From an uncultured Clostridia bacterium (lineage in GTDB: Bacteria > Bacillota > Clostridia > Christensenellales > Borkfalkiaceae), in assembly GCA_944328665.1 (NCBI GenBank), contig CALVHS010000030.1, positions 12,951-76,950 of the forward strand: DNA of 64,000 nt, written 5' to 3'. Position numbers and translations under genes: made by a program. The stretch's first letter is position 1. Each line of letters starts with the position of its first letter. The notes under the pieces were generated by a model. The model saw only the letters and a program-made list of their open reading frames with translations, did not search any database and had not been told where the DNA came from. This document shows positions 34,045-42,985 of this stretch, one piece after another.

Positions 34045-35343
34045 ATGAAGATGTTCAGCCCCGAGATCGAAAGGATGGAGAGGAAGGAGATCCGCGCGAT
34101 GCAGCTCGAGCGGCTCCGCCATATCGTGCGTTACGCCTACGAAAACGTGCCCATGTACAGGCAGCGTTTTGACGGGATCGGGCTGAAGCCGGAGCATATC
34201 CGTACGCTCGGGGACATCGAAAAGATCCCGTACACGACCAAGGACGATCTGCGCGACAACTATCCTTTCCGTCTCTTGGCGGTGCCGATGAAAAAGATCG
34301 TGCGCGTGCATGCTTCGAGCGGCACGACGGGTAAGCCGATCACCTGCGGCTATACGCGGGCGGATCTCGACGGCTGGTCGACCTGTATCGCGCGTATTTT
34401 GGCGATGGCGGGGGCGACGGAGGAGGACATCTTCCACGTCGCTTTCGGTTACGGGCTGTTCACGGGCGGGTTCGGGCTGCATTACGGCATCGAAAAGCTG
34501 GGCGCCGCCGTTGTGCCCGTCTCTTCCGGCAATACAGAGCGGCAGATCATGCTCCTGAAAGATTTCGGTGCCACGGCGCTCGTCGCCACGCCGAGTTACG
34601 CCATGTATCTGGCGGAGACGGCGAAAAAGCTGGGCGTTTTGGAGGATCTGAAGGTGCGCTTGGTCTGTATGGGGGCGGAGGCTTCCACGGCAGAAATGCA
34701 CGAGGCGCTCCGCACCATCCTCGGGGCATTCCCTACCGAAAATTACGGGCTCACCGAAGTGGGCGGCCCGGGCGTCGCGGGAGAGTGCCGCGAAAAGGCG
34801 GGCATGCACATCAACGAGGATATGTTTTATCCCGAGATCGTCAATATCGAGCAAAACCGCGCCCTGCCGGAAGGGGAGAGGGGAGAATTGGTGCTGACCA
34901 CGCTGACGAAGGAGGGGATGCCCGTTCTCCGCTACCGCACGAAGGACATCACCTCGCTGACATACGAACCCTGCCGCTGCGGCAGGACGACGGCGCGCAT
35001 GGCGCGCGTGGTGGGGCGCACGGACGATATGCTCATCATCCGCGGCGTCAACGTGTTCCCGTCTCAGATCGAAAGCGTGCTGATGGCGATGCCCGAACTG
35101 GGCAAGACGTACGAGATCGTCGTCGACCGCGTTCGGTACATGGACACGATCGAGGTGCATGTCGAGGTGGAGGACGCGGATCTTTTGACAGATTACGGCA
35201 AACTCGAAGAGCTGGTCGCCAAGATCAGACACCGTCTGCGCGTGGTCATACAGTTGGACGTCAAGGTCAAATTGGTCGAACCGTTTTCCATCAGGCGGAC
35301 GGAAGGCAAGGTCAAACGGGTCACCGACCTCAGAAAAATGTGA
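34045..35343 (+). CDS. Phenylacetate--CoA ligase family (PaaK-like) adenylate-forming enzyme
   Basis: SD ggagaggga precedes the ATG. The sequence MFSPEIERMERKEIRAMQLERLRHIV..YTTKDDLRDNYPF..HASSGTTGKP is typical of PaaK-type ligases. Confidence 0.9.
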   Translation: MKMFSPEIERMERKEIRAMQLERLRHIVRYAYENVPMYRQRFDGIGLKPEHIRTLGDIEKIPYTTKDDLRDNYPFRLLAVPMKKIVRVHASSGTTGKPITCGYTRADLDGWSTCIARILAMAGATEEDIFHVAFGYGLFTGGFGLHYGIEKLGAAVVPVSSGNTERQIMLLKDFGATALVATPSYAMYLAETAKKLGVLEDLKVRLVCMGAEASTAEMHEALRTILGAFPTENYGLTEVGGPGVAGECREKAGMHINEDMFYPEIVNIEQNRALPEGERGELVLTTLTKEGMPVLRYRTKDITSLTYEPCRCGRTTARMARVVGRTDDMLIIRGVNVFPSQIESVLMAMPELGKTYEIVVDRVRYMDTIEVHVEVEDADLLTDYGKLEELVAKIRHRLRVVIQLDVKVKLVEPFSIRRTEGKVKRVTDLRKM

Positions 35344-35379
35344 ACCGGAAGAGCAGGACACGGGGAGGCAGGTCTTAAA

Positions 35380-37098
35380 ATGAAGAAATTACTGTTGGGC
35401 GATTTTGCCGTCGCGCGCGGCGCGTGGGAGGCGGGCGTGCACGTCGCAGCCGCATATCCCGGTACTCCCTCCACGGAGATCACGGAAGAATTGGCACGTT
35501 ATCCGGAAGTGTACAGCGAGTGGTCTCCCAACGAAAAGGTCGCCTTGGAAGTGGGCATCGGCGCATCCCTGCGCGGCGCGCGCGCCATCGTCTCGATGAA
35601 ACACGTAGGGCTGAACGTCGCCTGCGATCCTCTTTTTACCGCTTCTTACACGGGCGTGAACGGCGGTCTCGTCATCGCCGTGGCGGACGATCCGTCCGTC
35701 TTTTCCTCGCAGAACGAACAGGATACGCGGTTGACCGCCGTCAGCGCCAAAGTGCCCGTATTGGAGCCTTCCGACAGCGCCGAGGCGAAGGAGTTTACCA
35801 AGTTGGCGTTCGCATTATCCGAAAAATACGATACGCCCGTCATCTTGCGGCTCACGACCCGCGTCGCTCATTCGCAGTCGGCGGTGGAAACGGAAGAACG
35901 CAGGGAGGTGCCTCTGCGCGCATACGAAAAAAATATACCCAAATACGTCATGATGCCCGCCAACGCGCGCGTCAAACACGTCACGGTGGAACTGCGCACC
36001 GAAAAACTTTCGGAGGACGCAAATGATTTTTCGATCAACCGCATCGAGGCGGGGGACGGAGAATTGGGCGTCATCTGTTCGGGCGGGGTGTACGAATATG
36101 TCAAGGAGGCGCTGCCGGGAGCGAGCATCTTGAAATTGGGCATGGTATATCCGCTTCCGTATAAGCTCATCGAAAAATTCGCCGAGAGCGTCAAGCGCTG
36201 CATCGTGGCGGAAGAACTTGCCCCGCATATCGAGACGCTCGTCAAAGCGGCGGGCATCCGTGTGGAGGGGAAGGAAATATTTCCCCTTGAAGGGGAGTTT
36301 TCCGCCAAGCTCATCCGCGAGCGGGTGCTGGGGGAAAAGTCCTGCGCGGCCTGCGCCAACGTGCCCGCACGTCCCCCCGTCCTCTGCGCCGGCTGCCCGC
36401 ACAGGGGGGTGTTTTATATCCTTTCCAAGCGCAAACTCAGCGTCTTGGGGGATATCGGCTGCTATACGTTGGGCGCGGTGCCGCCCCTCTCCGCGATGGA
36501 CGCCGTCGTCTGCATGGGGGCCAGCATCGGCATGGCGGTCGGCTTCGACAAATCCGATCCCGAAGCGCACAGGCATTCCGTGGCGGTCATCGGCGACTCC
36601 ACGTTTATCCACAGCGGCATCACGGGGCTGATCGACGCCGTCTATAATAAAGCGAAGATCACCGTCATCATCCTTGACAATCGGACGACGGGCATGACGG
36701 GGCATCAGAACCATCCCGCGACGGGCAGGACGATCAAAAACGAGGATACATACGAACTCGACCTCGCCGAAGTTTGCCGTGCCGTCGGCGTGCGCCGCGT
36801 GCGCACCGTCGATCCCGTCGATCTCGCGGCGACGGAGGAAGCGATCTGCGCCTCCCTTGCGGAGGAGGAAGTCTCCGTCGTCATCGCCAAAAGGCCGTGC
36901 GCGCTTTTGGCAAAAAAGATGTACCGCGGGTTCAAGGTCAACGATAAATGCAAAAAGTGCGGAGCGTGCCTGCGGCTCGGCTGTCCCGCCGTCGTCAAAG
37001 GGAAGGAGGGCGTCGAGATCGACGCTTCCCTCTGCACGGAATGCGGGCTGTGTCAAAAGGTTTGTAAGTTCGGCGCGATCGAAGGGGAGGCAGAATGA
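35380..37098 (+). CDS. iorA: Indolepyruvate:ferredoxin oxidoreductase alpha subunit
   Basis: The N-terminus includes AAYPGTPSTEI, there is a TPP-binding region, and the C-terminal dicluster motifs are CKKCGACLRLGCP and CTECGLCQKVCKF. Confidence 0.9.
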   Translation: MKKLLLGDFAVARGAWEAGVHVAAAYPGTPSTEITEELARYPEVYSEWSPNEKVALEVGIGASLRGARAIVSMKHVGLNVACDPLFTASYTGVNGGLVIAVADDPSVFSSQNEQDTRLTAVSAKVPVLEPSDSAEAKEFTKLAFALSEKYDTPVILRLTTRVAHSQSAVETEERREVPLRAYEKNIPKYVMMPANARVKHVTVELRTEKLSEDANDFSINRIEAGDGELGVICSGGVYEYVKEALPGASILKLGMVYPLPYKLIEKFAESVKRCIVAEELAPHIETLVKAAGIRVEGKEIFPLEGEFSAKLIRERVLGEKSCAACANVPARPPVLCAGCPHRGVFYILSKRKLSVLGDIGCYTLGAVPPLSAMDAVVCMGASIGMAVGFDKSDPEAHRHSVAVIGDSTFIHSGITGLIDAVYNKAKITVIILDNRTTGMTGHQNHPATGRTIKNEDTYELDLAEVCRAVGVRRVRTVDPVDLAATEEAICASLAEEEVSVVIAKRPCALLAKKMYRGFKVNDKCKKCGACLRLGCPAVVKGKEGVEIDASLCTECGLCQKVCKFGAIEGEAE

Positions 37099-37670
37099 GC
37101 ATGCAAGACGTAAAAAAGACGGACATCCTCATCGTCGGCGTCGGCGGGCAGGGAACGCTGTTGGCGAGCCGCGTGCTCGGAAAGTACGCGCTCGATGCGG
37201 GTTTTGACGTCAAGTTGAGCGAAGTGCACGGCATGGCGCAGCGGGGCGGCAGCGTGATGACATATGTGCGCATCGGCAAGGACATCGCCTCTCCCGTCAT
37301 CGACGAAGGGGGAGCCGACTTCATCCTCGCCTTTGAAAAGTTGGAAGCGCTTCGCTACCTGCATTATCTTTCCCCCGAAGGGCAGATCCTGTATTCCACG
37401 CAGGAGATCATGCCCATGCCCGTGGTGACGGGCGCGGCGGAGTATCCGCGCGATATCGAGGCACGGCTGCCGGGCACGGGGATAGACGCGCTGGGGCTGG
37501 CGCTGGAAGCGGGCAATGGCAGGGCAGCCAACTCCGTCATGCTCGGAGCGCTGTGCAAAAAACTCGGTTTCGACCGGGAAAAGTTTGAGGCGGCTTTGCT
37601 CGCCTGCATACCGCAAAAGACGGCGGAAATAAACAAAAAGGCGTTCGCGCTCGGCTGCGGCGCCGTTTGA
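37095..37670 (+). CDS. iorB: Indolepyruvate:ferredoxin oxidoreductase beta subunit
   Basis: The gene has a 4-nt overlap with iorA. The opening is IVGVGGQGTLLASRVLG...SEVHGMAQRGGSV. Confidence 0.9.
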   Translation: MSMQDVKKTDILIVGVGGQGTLLASRVLGKYALDAGFDVKLSEVHGMAQRGGSVMTYVRIGKDIASPVIDEGGADFILAFEKLEALRYLHYLSPEGQILYSTQEIMPMPVVTGAAEYPRDIEARLPGTGIDALGLALEAGNGRAANSVMLGALCKKLGFDREKFEAALLACIPQKTAEINKKAFALGCGAV

Positions 37671-37694
37671 CGACAGGGCAGAGAGGGGAAGATC

Positions 37695-39008
37695 ATGGCA
37701 AAGGTGAAAGACTATATTTACCGTCCGGAATTTGAATGCATGTCCCGTCCGGAGCTGGAAGCGCTGCAGAGCGAACGGCTCCGCAAGACGGTGGAGCGCG
37801 TCTATCAAAATTGCGGGCCGTACCGCGCCAAGATGGACGCCTGTAAACTCAGGCCGTCGGATATCCGCTCGGTGAAAGATCTCGCAAAACTCCCCTTTAC
37901 GGTCAAACACGACCTCAGGGAGGCATACCCGTTCGGGTTTTATTCCGCCGCGCAGAGCGAGATCGTCGAAGTGCACGCCTCGAGCGGCACGACGGGGAAG
38001 CTGACCGTCGTCGGGTATACGCAGAACGATATCGGCGTTTGGGCGGAGATCGCCGCGCGCTCCCTCGCGATGGCGGGCGTCACCGAGGATTCTCTCGTGC
38101 ACGTCGCGTATGGATACGGGCTCTTCACGGGCGGCTTGGGCGCTCATTACGGGGCGCAGAAGATCGGGGCGTCCACCGTGCCCGCCAGTGCGGGCAACAC
38201 CATTCGCCAGCTCACCCTGCTGCGCGATTTCGGCGCGACGCATCTGTGCTGCACGCCTTCGTATGCCATCTTTCTCGGCACGGAGATCGAAAAGGCGGGC
38301 ATGAACATTGAAGATTTTTCTCTTATCGGCGGCGCGTTCGGCGCCGAGCCGTGGACGTACCAAATGCGCGGCGAACTGGAGCGCCTTCTGCATATCGACG
38401 CGCTGGACATCTACGGACTTTCCGAGATCTGCGGGCCGGGCGTCTCCATGGAATGTATGCAAAAGCACGGCAACCATGTGCAGGAAGATCACTTTATCCC
38501 CGAGATCATCGACCCGGAAACGCTCGAGCCGCTCCCCTTCGGCAGCGAGGGGGAACTCGTCTTTACCACCATCACCAAGACGGGACAGCCGCTCATCCGC
38601 TATCGCACGCGCGACCTATGTACGCTGTATGACGAAAAGTGTGCCTGCGGCAGGACGACGGTCAAGATGGGCAAGGTCAAGGGCCGTTCGGACGATATGC
38701 TCATTATCCGCGGCGTCAACGTATTCCCGTCTCAGATCGAAGCGGCGATCATGAACGTGGCGGGCGTTTCCCCGCATTATATGATCTACGTCGACCGCGT
38801 CAACAACCTCGACGTGATGGAGATCGACATCGAGCTGGACGGCAACCTTGCGCCCGACCGCGTTTCCGAGATCGAATCGATCCAAAAGAAGGTGGAGACG
38901 GAAGTCAATTCGTACATCGGCGTCAGCGCGCGCATCAAGCTGTGTGAAAGCGGTTCGATCCGGCGCAGCGAGGGCAAGGCGGTGCGCGTCATCGACAGAA
39001 GGGGATGA
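37695..39008 (+). CDS. Second PaaK-like phenylacetate--CoA ligase family enzyme
   Basis: It is a paralog of 34045-35343 (..FTVKHDLREAYPF..HASSGTTGKL..). Confidence 0.9.
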   Translation: MAKVKDYIYRPEFECMSRPELEALQSERLRKTVERVYQNCGPYRAKMDACKLRPSDIRSVKDLAKLPFTVKHDLREAYPFGFYSAAQSEIVEVHASSGTTGKLTVVGYTQNDIGVWAEIAARSLAMAGVTEDSLVHVAYGYGLFTGGLGAHYGAQKIGASTVPASAGNTIRQLTLLRDFGATHLCCTPSYAIFLGTEIEKAGMNIEDFSLIGGAFGAEPWTYQMRGELERLLHIDALDIYGLSEICGPGVSMECMQKHGNHVQEDHFIPEIIDPETLEPLPFGSEGELVFTTITKTGQPLIRYRTRDLCTLYDEKCACGRTTVKMGKVKGRSDDMLIIRGVNVFPSQIEAAIMNVAGVSPHYMIYVDRVNNLDVMEIDIELDGNLAPDRVSEIESIQKKVETEVNSYIGVSARIKLCESGSIRRSEGKAVRVIDRRG

Positions 39009-39128
39009 CGGCGTGCGGTATAGGCGGATCTTTGAGAATTTTTTGGCATGTCCCTTGCAGACGGCGGGGGATATGCCGGCATGACAGCGCAGAGAGCGTG
39101 AAAAATTTGCAGATAAGGAGGATGTGCC

Positions 39129-39551
39129 ATGTTGGTCAAACAGCTTTCCGTTTTTATGGAAAACAGGCCGGGGAGATTGTATAAGCTCACCCATACGCTC
39201 GGGGAGGAGGGGATCGACTTCGTCACCCTTTCCATCGCCGATACCAAAGATTTCGGCATCGTGCGCTTTATCGCGCGCGACAACGATCGCGCGTACGAAG
39301 TGCTGAAAAAGGCGGGGTTCACCGTCGGTATCACGGAACTGATCGGCGTGGAGGTGGAAGACCGCCCCAACGCCCTCGCAAAGGTCGTGCAGCTGATGGA
39401 GGAGAGCGACATCAACGTCGAATACCTCTATTCTTTCGTGCTGACCAACCATAATACGGCAAAGATCCTGATGCGCGTCAGCGATACGGACAGGGCCGTG
39501 GAAATTTTGCGGGAGAAGGGGATCCGCCTTCTTTCGGAAAAAATATTGTAG
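39129..39551 (+). CDS. ACT domain-containing protein
   Basis: SD aaggagg precedes the ATG. A tandem ACT-like sequence is present (QLSVFMENRPGRLYKLT.., GVEVEDRPNALAKVV..). Confidence 0.85.
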   Translation: MLVKQLSVFMENRPGRLYKLTHTLGEEGIDFVTLSIADTKDFGIVRFIARDNDRAYEVLKKAGFTVGITELIGVEVEDRPNALAKVVQLMEESDINVEYLYSFVLTNHNTAKILMRVSDTDRAVEILREKGIRLLSEKIL

Positions 39552-39597
39552 GACGTTCGGCAAAATAAGAAAAAAAAGGGACTTCGTTTGCCGACAA

Positions 39598-39646
39598 GCA
39601 AAAAGCCGCCCCGCGGCGCATCGTGCGCCGCGGGGCGGCTTTTTTA
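39598..39646. terminator. Strong bidirectional intrinsic terminator
   Basis: A 16-bp stem (gccgccccgcggcgca / tgcgccgcggggcggc) with a 3-nt loop is flanked by an A-run and T6. It sits between convergent genes. Confidence 0.85.
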
Positions 39647-39649
39647 TGG

Positions 39650-41128
39650 TCACAGGACAAAGGCGTCGGACGTGCGGATAAAGATGCGCCGCATCGGCCC
39701 GTCTTCGGGCATCACCGTTTCGCGGCAGCGAAAGACGCCGAGGAAGAGGAACGCGATATATCTTCCTTCAAAATCGCGGATCCGTTTAAAGACCAGCCGC
39801 TCTTCCGCCCCCTGCTGCAGGGCGGCGCCCGCGTTCTTTGCCTTGCCGGAAAATTCTTCCGTGATCGTGCTTCCGTCGCGGCTGATCAGGCAGCGCTTGT
39901 CGCCCTGTATGCCGTCCTCCGGGGCGAGGAACCAGGCGAGCGTTTCCTTTTCCGTCCTGCCCTTCAGCGTTTCGGGTACGAACAGGTTTTTGGCGAGGGG
40001 CGCCGCGCAGCGGAAGATCTTAGCGCAGCCCTCCTTGATGTTGCTCCCTTTCCACCAGTCGCCCGTTTGCAGAGTCAGGCGGAATTGCGGCGGGGGCAGG
40101 TCGGGCGCCTCCTCCTCTTCGACAAAAAACGCCGCCGTTTTTTCATCTTCCCGGCGCGGCGCTTTGGCGGTGATCGCGGGCACGCTGTCCGTCTCTTCGA
40201 TCAACCGCAAAAATGCCCCTTCGCGCGTCTCTTCGCTCTGGCCGCCGTCGCTCGCGACCATGCGCAGGGCAATCAGCGCCAGCCCTTCGGCGAAGATGTC
40301 CTTCGCGGCGGCGATGCGCGCGCGTTTCGTTTCCGGATCGTCCGCCTCCCCGATCTCGTCCGATACGTCGGCAGGGGAGCGCAGCTTCAGCCCTTCATAA
40401 TGGCGGACAAAGAAGCCGCTGCCGCATTGTCCGAGGAGACGGGCGCACTTTTCTTCCTGCGCCCGCGTGCAGCGTTCTTTCTGGCGCACGGGGATCCCTT
40501 CCGGTTTTTTGAGCAAAACGCCCGCTTCCGCCCTGTTTTCCAAATATAAGAGGAGATTCGCCGCGATATAGGCGGCGAAGCCGAGGATGATGGCGGCGGC
40601 GGCGACCGCGTCCCAACCGGGGGAGAGGGTCAGCGCCCCCGCGGCTGCCATGCGGACGGCATAGGCGATGCCGACCGCGGTCGGGACCGCCGCGTAGAAC
40701 ACCAGCCATACCGCGAGGCGGCGCTCGGCGATGAGCGCGTCCGCGCGCTGCCAAAAAGTGCACAGCAGCAAAAAGATCTGTCCCACAAAGATCAGCGCCG
40801 TCAAGGCGGCGTTCAGGATAAAGATCCCGTCCCGCTCGCCCGCCAAGGCGGCAAGCAGGCAAAGGCAGAGCAGCGTCAGCAGGGCGCCGATGCCCTGCAT
40901 GACGGCGGCAAACGCCCTCTCTTCGCGTGCGCGCGAGCCGATCGCCGTAAAGGGCAGGGCGGTCAGCAGGCACAGCAGCCACATCGGCGCAATACGAGAG
41001 CCCTCTTGCGAGCCTGCCGCGACCGCCGCCGCGGCGATCGCTCCCGCCGCGATGCTTGCCGCAAAGAACAGGCGCGAAGCGCCGCGCCCTTCCGGGGCGG
41101 ATGCCTTGTTACTTGAACTTTTTTGCAT
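39650..41128 (-). CDS. Hypothetical membrane protein (492 aa): N-terminal multi-TM domain plus ~270-aa soluble C-terminal region
   Basis: This is a long ORF with a hydrophobic N-half and a mixed-composition C-half. I do not recognise a family. Confidence 0.7.
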   Translation of the reverse strand: MQKSSSNKASAPEGRGASRLFFAASIAAGAIAAAAVAAGSQEGSRIAPMWLLCLLTALPFTAIGSRAREERAFAAVMQGIGALLTLLCLCLLAALAGERDGIFILNAALTALIFVGQIFLLLCTFWQRADALIAERRLAVWLVFYAAVPTAVGIAYAVRMAAAGALTLSPGWDAVAAAAIILGFAAYIAANLLLYLENRAEAGVLLKKPEGIPVRQKERCTRAQEEKCARLLGQCGSGFFVRHYEGLKLRSPADVSDEIGEADDPETKRARIAAAKDIFAEGLALIALRMVASDGGQSEETREGAFLRLIEETDSVPAITAKAPRREDEKTAAFFVEEEEAPDLPPPQFRLTLQTGDWWKGSNIKEGCAKIFRCAAPLAKNLFVPETLKGRTEKETLAWFLAPEDGIQGDKRCLISRDGSTITEEFSGKAKNAGAALQQGAEERLVFKRIRDFEGRYIAFLFLGVFRCRETVMPEDGPMRRIFIRTSDAFVL

Positions 41129-41254
41129 GTTTTTCTCCTCACCGTGTTGTGACGTTATCGATTTTTATCATAGCATAAAAGGGGGAAGCTGTCAAATCGT
41201 TTTGCGGCAGATTTCGCCATATCGTCGATTTTTATCTCCGGGGCCCCGCGCGCG

Positions 41255-41283
41255 TTGACGAAAAGGCGGCATTGTGGTATACT
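41255..41283 (+). promoter_or_regulatory. Sigma-A-type promoter candidate (TTGACG-N17-TATACT) ~215 nt upstream of the GH13 gene
   Basis: The sequence is ttgacg aaaaggcggcattgtgg tatact gta. Confidence 0.45.
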
Positions 41284-41498
41284 GTAGGGGAGGAATACGG
41301 ACCCGATCAAAAGCGGCAAGATCTTGGGATGGATCGCCGCGAAGAGGATGCGGCGATACCCGCGCATTGCAAAGAGGATGAACGGCAAGGCGCACAAAAG
41401 TTGCCGCAAAAGGCGTGGTCCCTATTGTTCCCTTACAGTATACTGTATATCCGTGGGAGGCTCGCCGCCCGCAAAACGACCGGCGAGGAGGGGCTTTT

Positions 41499-42821
41499 AT
41501 GTGGTTTGACGAGAGTTGCTTTTATCAGATCTATCCGCTTGGCTATTGCGGGGCGGAAAAGGAAAACGACGGAGGGGCGGTGCGCCGCCGTTTTTGCGAG
41601 ATCGAAAAAAATATCCCCTCCATCAAAGAGGCAGGTTTCAACGCCGTCCTCTTCAATCCGCTCTTTGAAAGCGAACGGCACGGCTATGACACGACCGATC
41701 TTTTCCGAGTGGACAGGCGGCTCGGCGACAATGCCGACTTCAAGCGGCTGACGGAAAAATTCCGTGCGGCGGGCATCCGCGTCGTGCTCGACGGGGTGTT
41801 CAACCATGTCGGCAGGCGCTTTTTTGCCTTTGAAGAAGTCAGGCGCCTGCGCGAAAGTTCGGATAAAAAAGATTGGTTTTTCATCGATTTCAACGGGGAT
41901 TCTCCCTATCGGGACGGATTTCGGTACGAGGGATGGGAAGGGCACATGGAGCTTGTCAGGCTCAACCTGCAAAACGACGGCGTGCTCGATCACATTGCCC
42001 GCGCGGTGCGCTTTTGGATAGATGAGTTCGGCATCGACGGGCTGCGCCTGGATGTGGCGTACCTCTTGCCGGAGTGGTTTTTCGAATGGCTGCGCCGCGT
42101 CGTAAAAGAACGGCGGCAGGACTTTTTCCTGATGGGGGAAGTGATCCACGGGCAAAATTTTGCCAAGAACATCACGCCCGACAGGCTGGATTCCATCACC
42201 GATTACGAATGTTACAAGGGGCTGACGTCCGCTCTCAATTCGGACAATCTCTTCGAGATCGAACATTCCCTCGAACGGCTGTTCGGCGGGCAGCCGTGGT
42301 GCCTGTATACGGGCAAAAACCTCTTTTCCTTTGCGGACAATCATGACGTGACGCGCGCCTTTTCCGCCCTTTCCGACAAGCGCAAGGTGTACGCGATGTA
42401 TGCGATCCTGTATGCGATGCCCGGCATCCCCTGCGTCTATTACGGCAGCGAATACGGCGCGGAGGGGGTGAAAGGCGGGGGCGCGGACGGCGACGACGCG
42501 CTCCGCCCCCGGATGGACGGGATCGACCGCGAAAAAGTTCCCGCGCTGACCGCATTCATCCGCAAACTGAACGAGATCCGCAGGAGAGAGCGTGCTTTTG
42601 CTTACGGGACGTATGAAAAGTGCGTCCTCAGCAACAAATATATGTGCTTTAAGCGGGAATGCGGCGGCGAGCGCATCTATTGCGCCTTTAACATCTCGGA
42701 CGGGGACGTGACCGTCCGCGTGGAGGAGGCGGAGGGGACAGACCTGCTGACGGGCGAGATACGCAACCTGAACGACATATATCTGCCGCCTTTCTCCGTC
42801 AAATATTTCAAGAAGAATTGA
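41499..42821 (+). CDS. GH13 alpha-amylase-family glycoside hydrolase
   Basis: SD gaggagggg precedes the ATG at 41499. GH13 conserved regions are present (VLDGVFNHVG, GLRLDVAY, MGEV, FADNHD). Confidence 0.9.
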   Translation: MWFDESCFYQIYPLGYCGAEKENDGGAVRRRFCEIEKNIPSIKEAGFNAVLFNPLFESERHGYDTTDLFRVDRRLGDNADFKRLTEKFRAAGIRVVLDGVFNHVGRRFFAFEEVRRLRESSDKKDWFFIDFNGDSPYRDGFRYEGWEGHMELVRLNLQNDGVLDHIARAVRFWIDEFGIDGLRLDVAYLLPEWFFEWLRRVVKERRQDFFLMGEVIHGQNFAKNITPDRLDSITDYECYKGLTSALNSDNLFEIEHSLERLFGGQPWCLYTGKNLFSFADNHDVTRAFSALSDKRKVYAMYAILYAMPGIPCVYYGSEYGAEGVKGGGADGDDALRPRMDGIDREKVPALTAFIRKLNEIRRRERAFAYGTYEKCVLSNKYMCFKRECGGERIYCAFNISDGDVTVRVEEAEGTDLLTGEIRNLNDIYLPPFSVKYFKKN

Positions 42822-42843
42822 TCTCTCTTTCAAAATATTTCTT

Positions 42844-42880
42844 TTCCGTGCGCCGCCGCCTGCGGCGCACGGAAAATTTT
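42844..42880 (+). terminator. Intrinsic terminator after the GH13 gene
   Basis: The hairpin ttccgtgcgccgc-cgcct-gcggcgcacggaa is followed by aatttt. Confidence 0.7.
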
Positions 42881-42903
42881 AAAGTTTTGTGCGCGAAAAG
42901 GGG

Positions 42904-42932
42904 TTGACATCTTTTGCTTTAATTTGTATAAT
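42904..42932 (+). promoter_or_regulatory. Consensus sigma-A promoter (TTGACA-N17-TATAAT)
   Basis: The sequence is ttgaca tcttttgctttaatttg tataat. Confidence 0.7.
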
Positions 42933-42985
42933 TATTCTTATAATTGTATAAATATCCACATTGCGGTGTGGGAGGAGGCGGAAAG

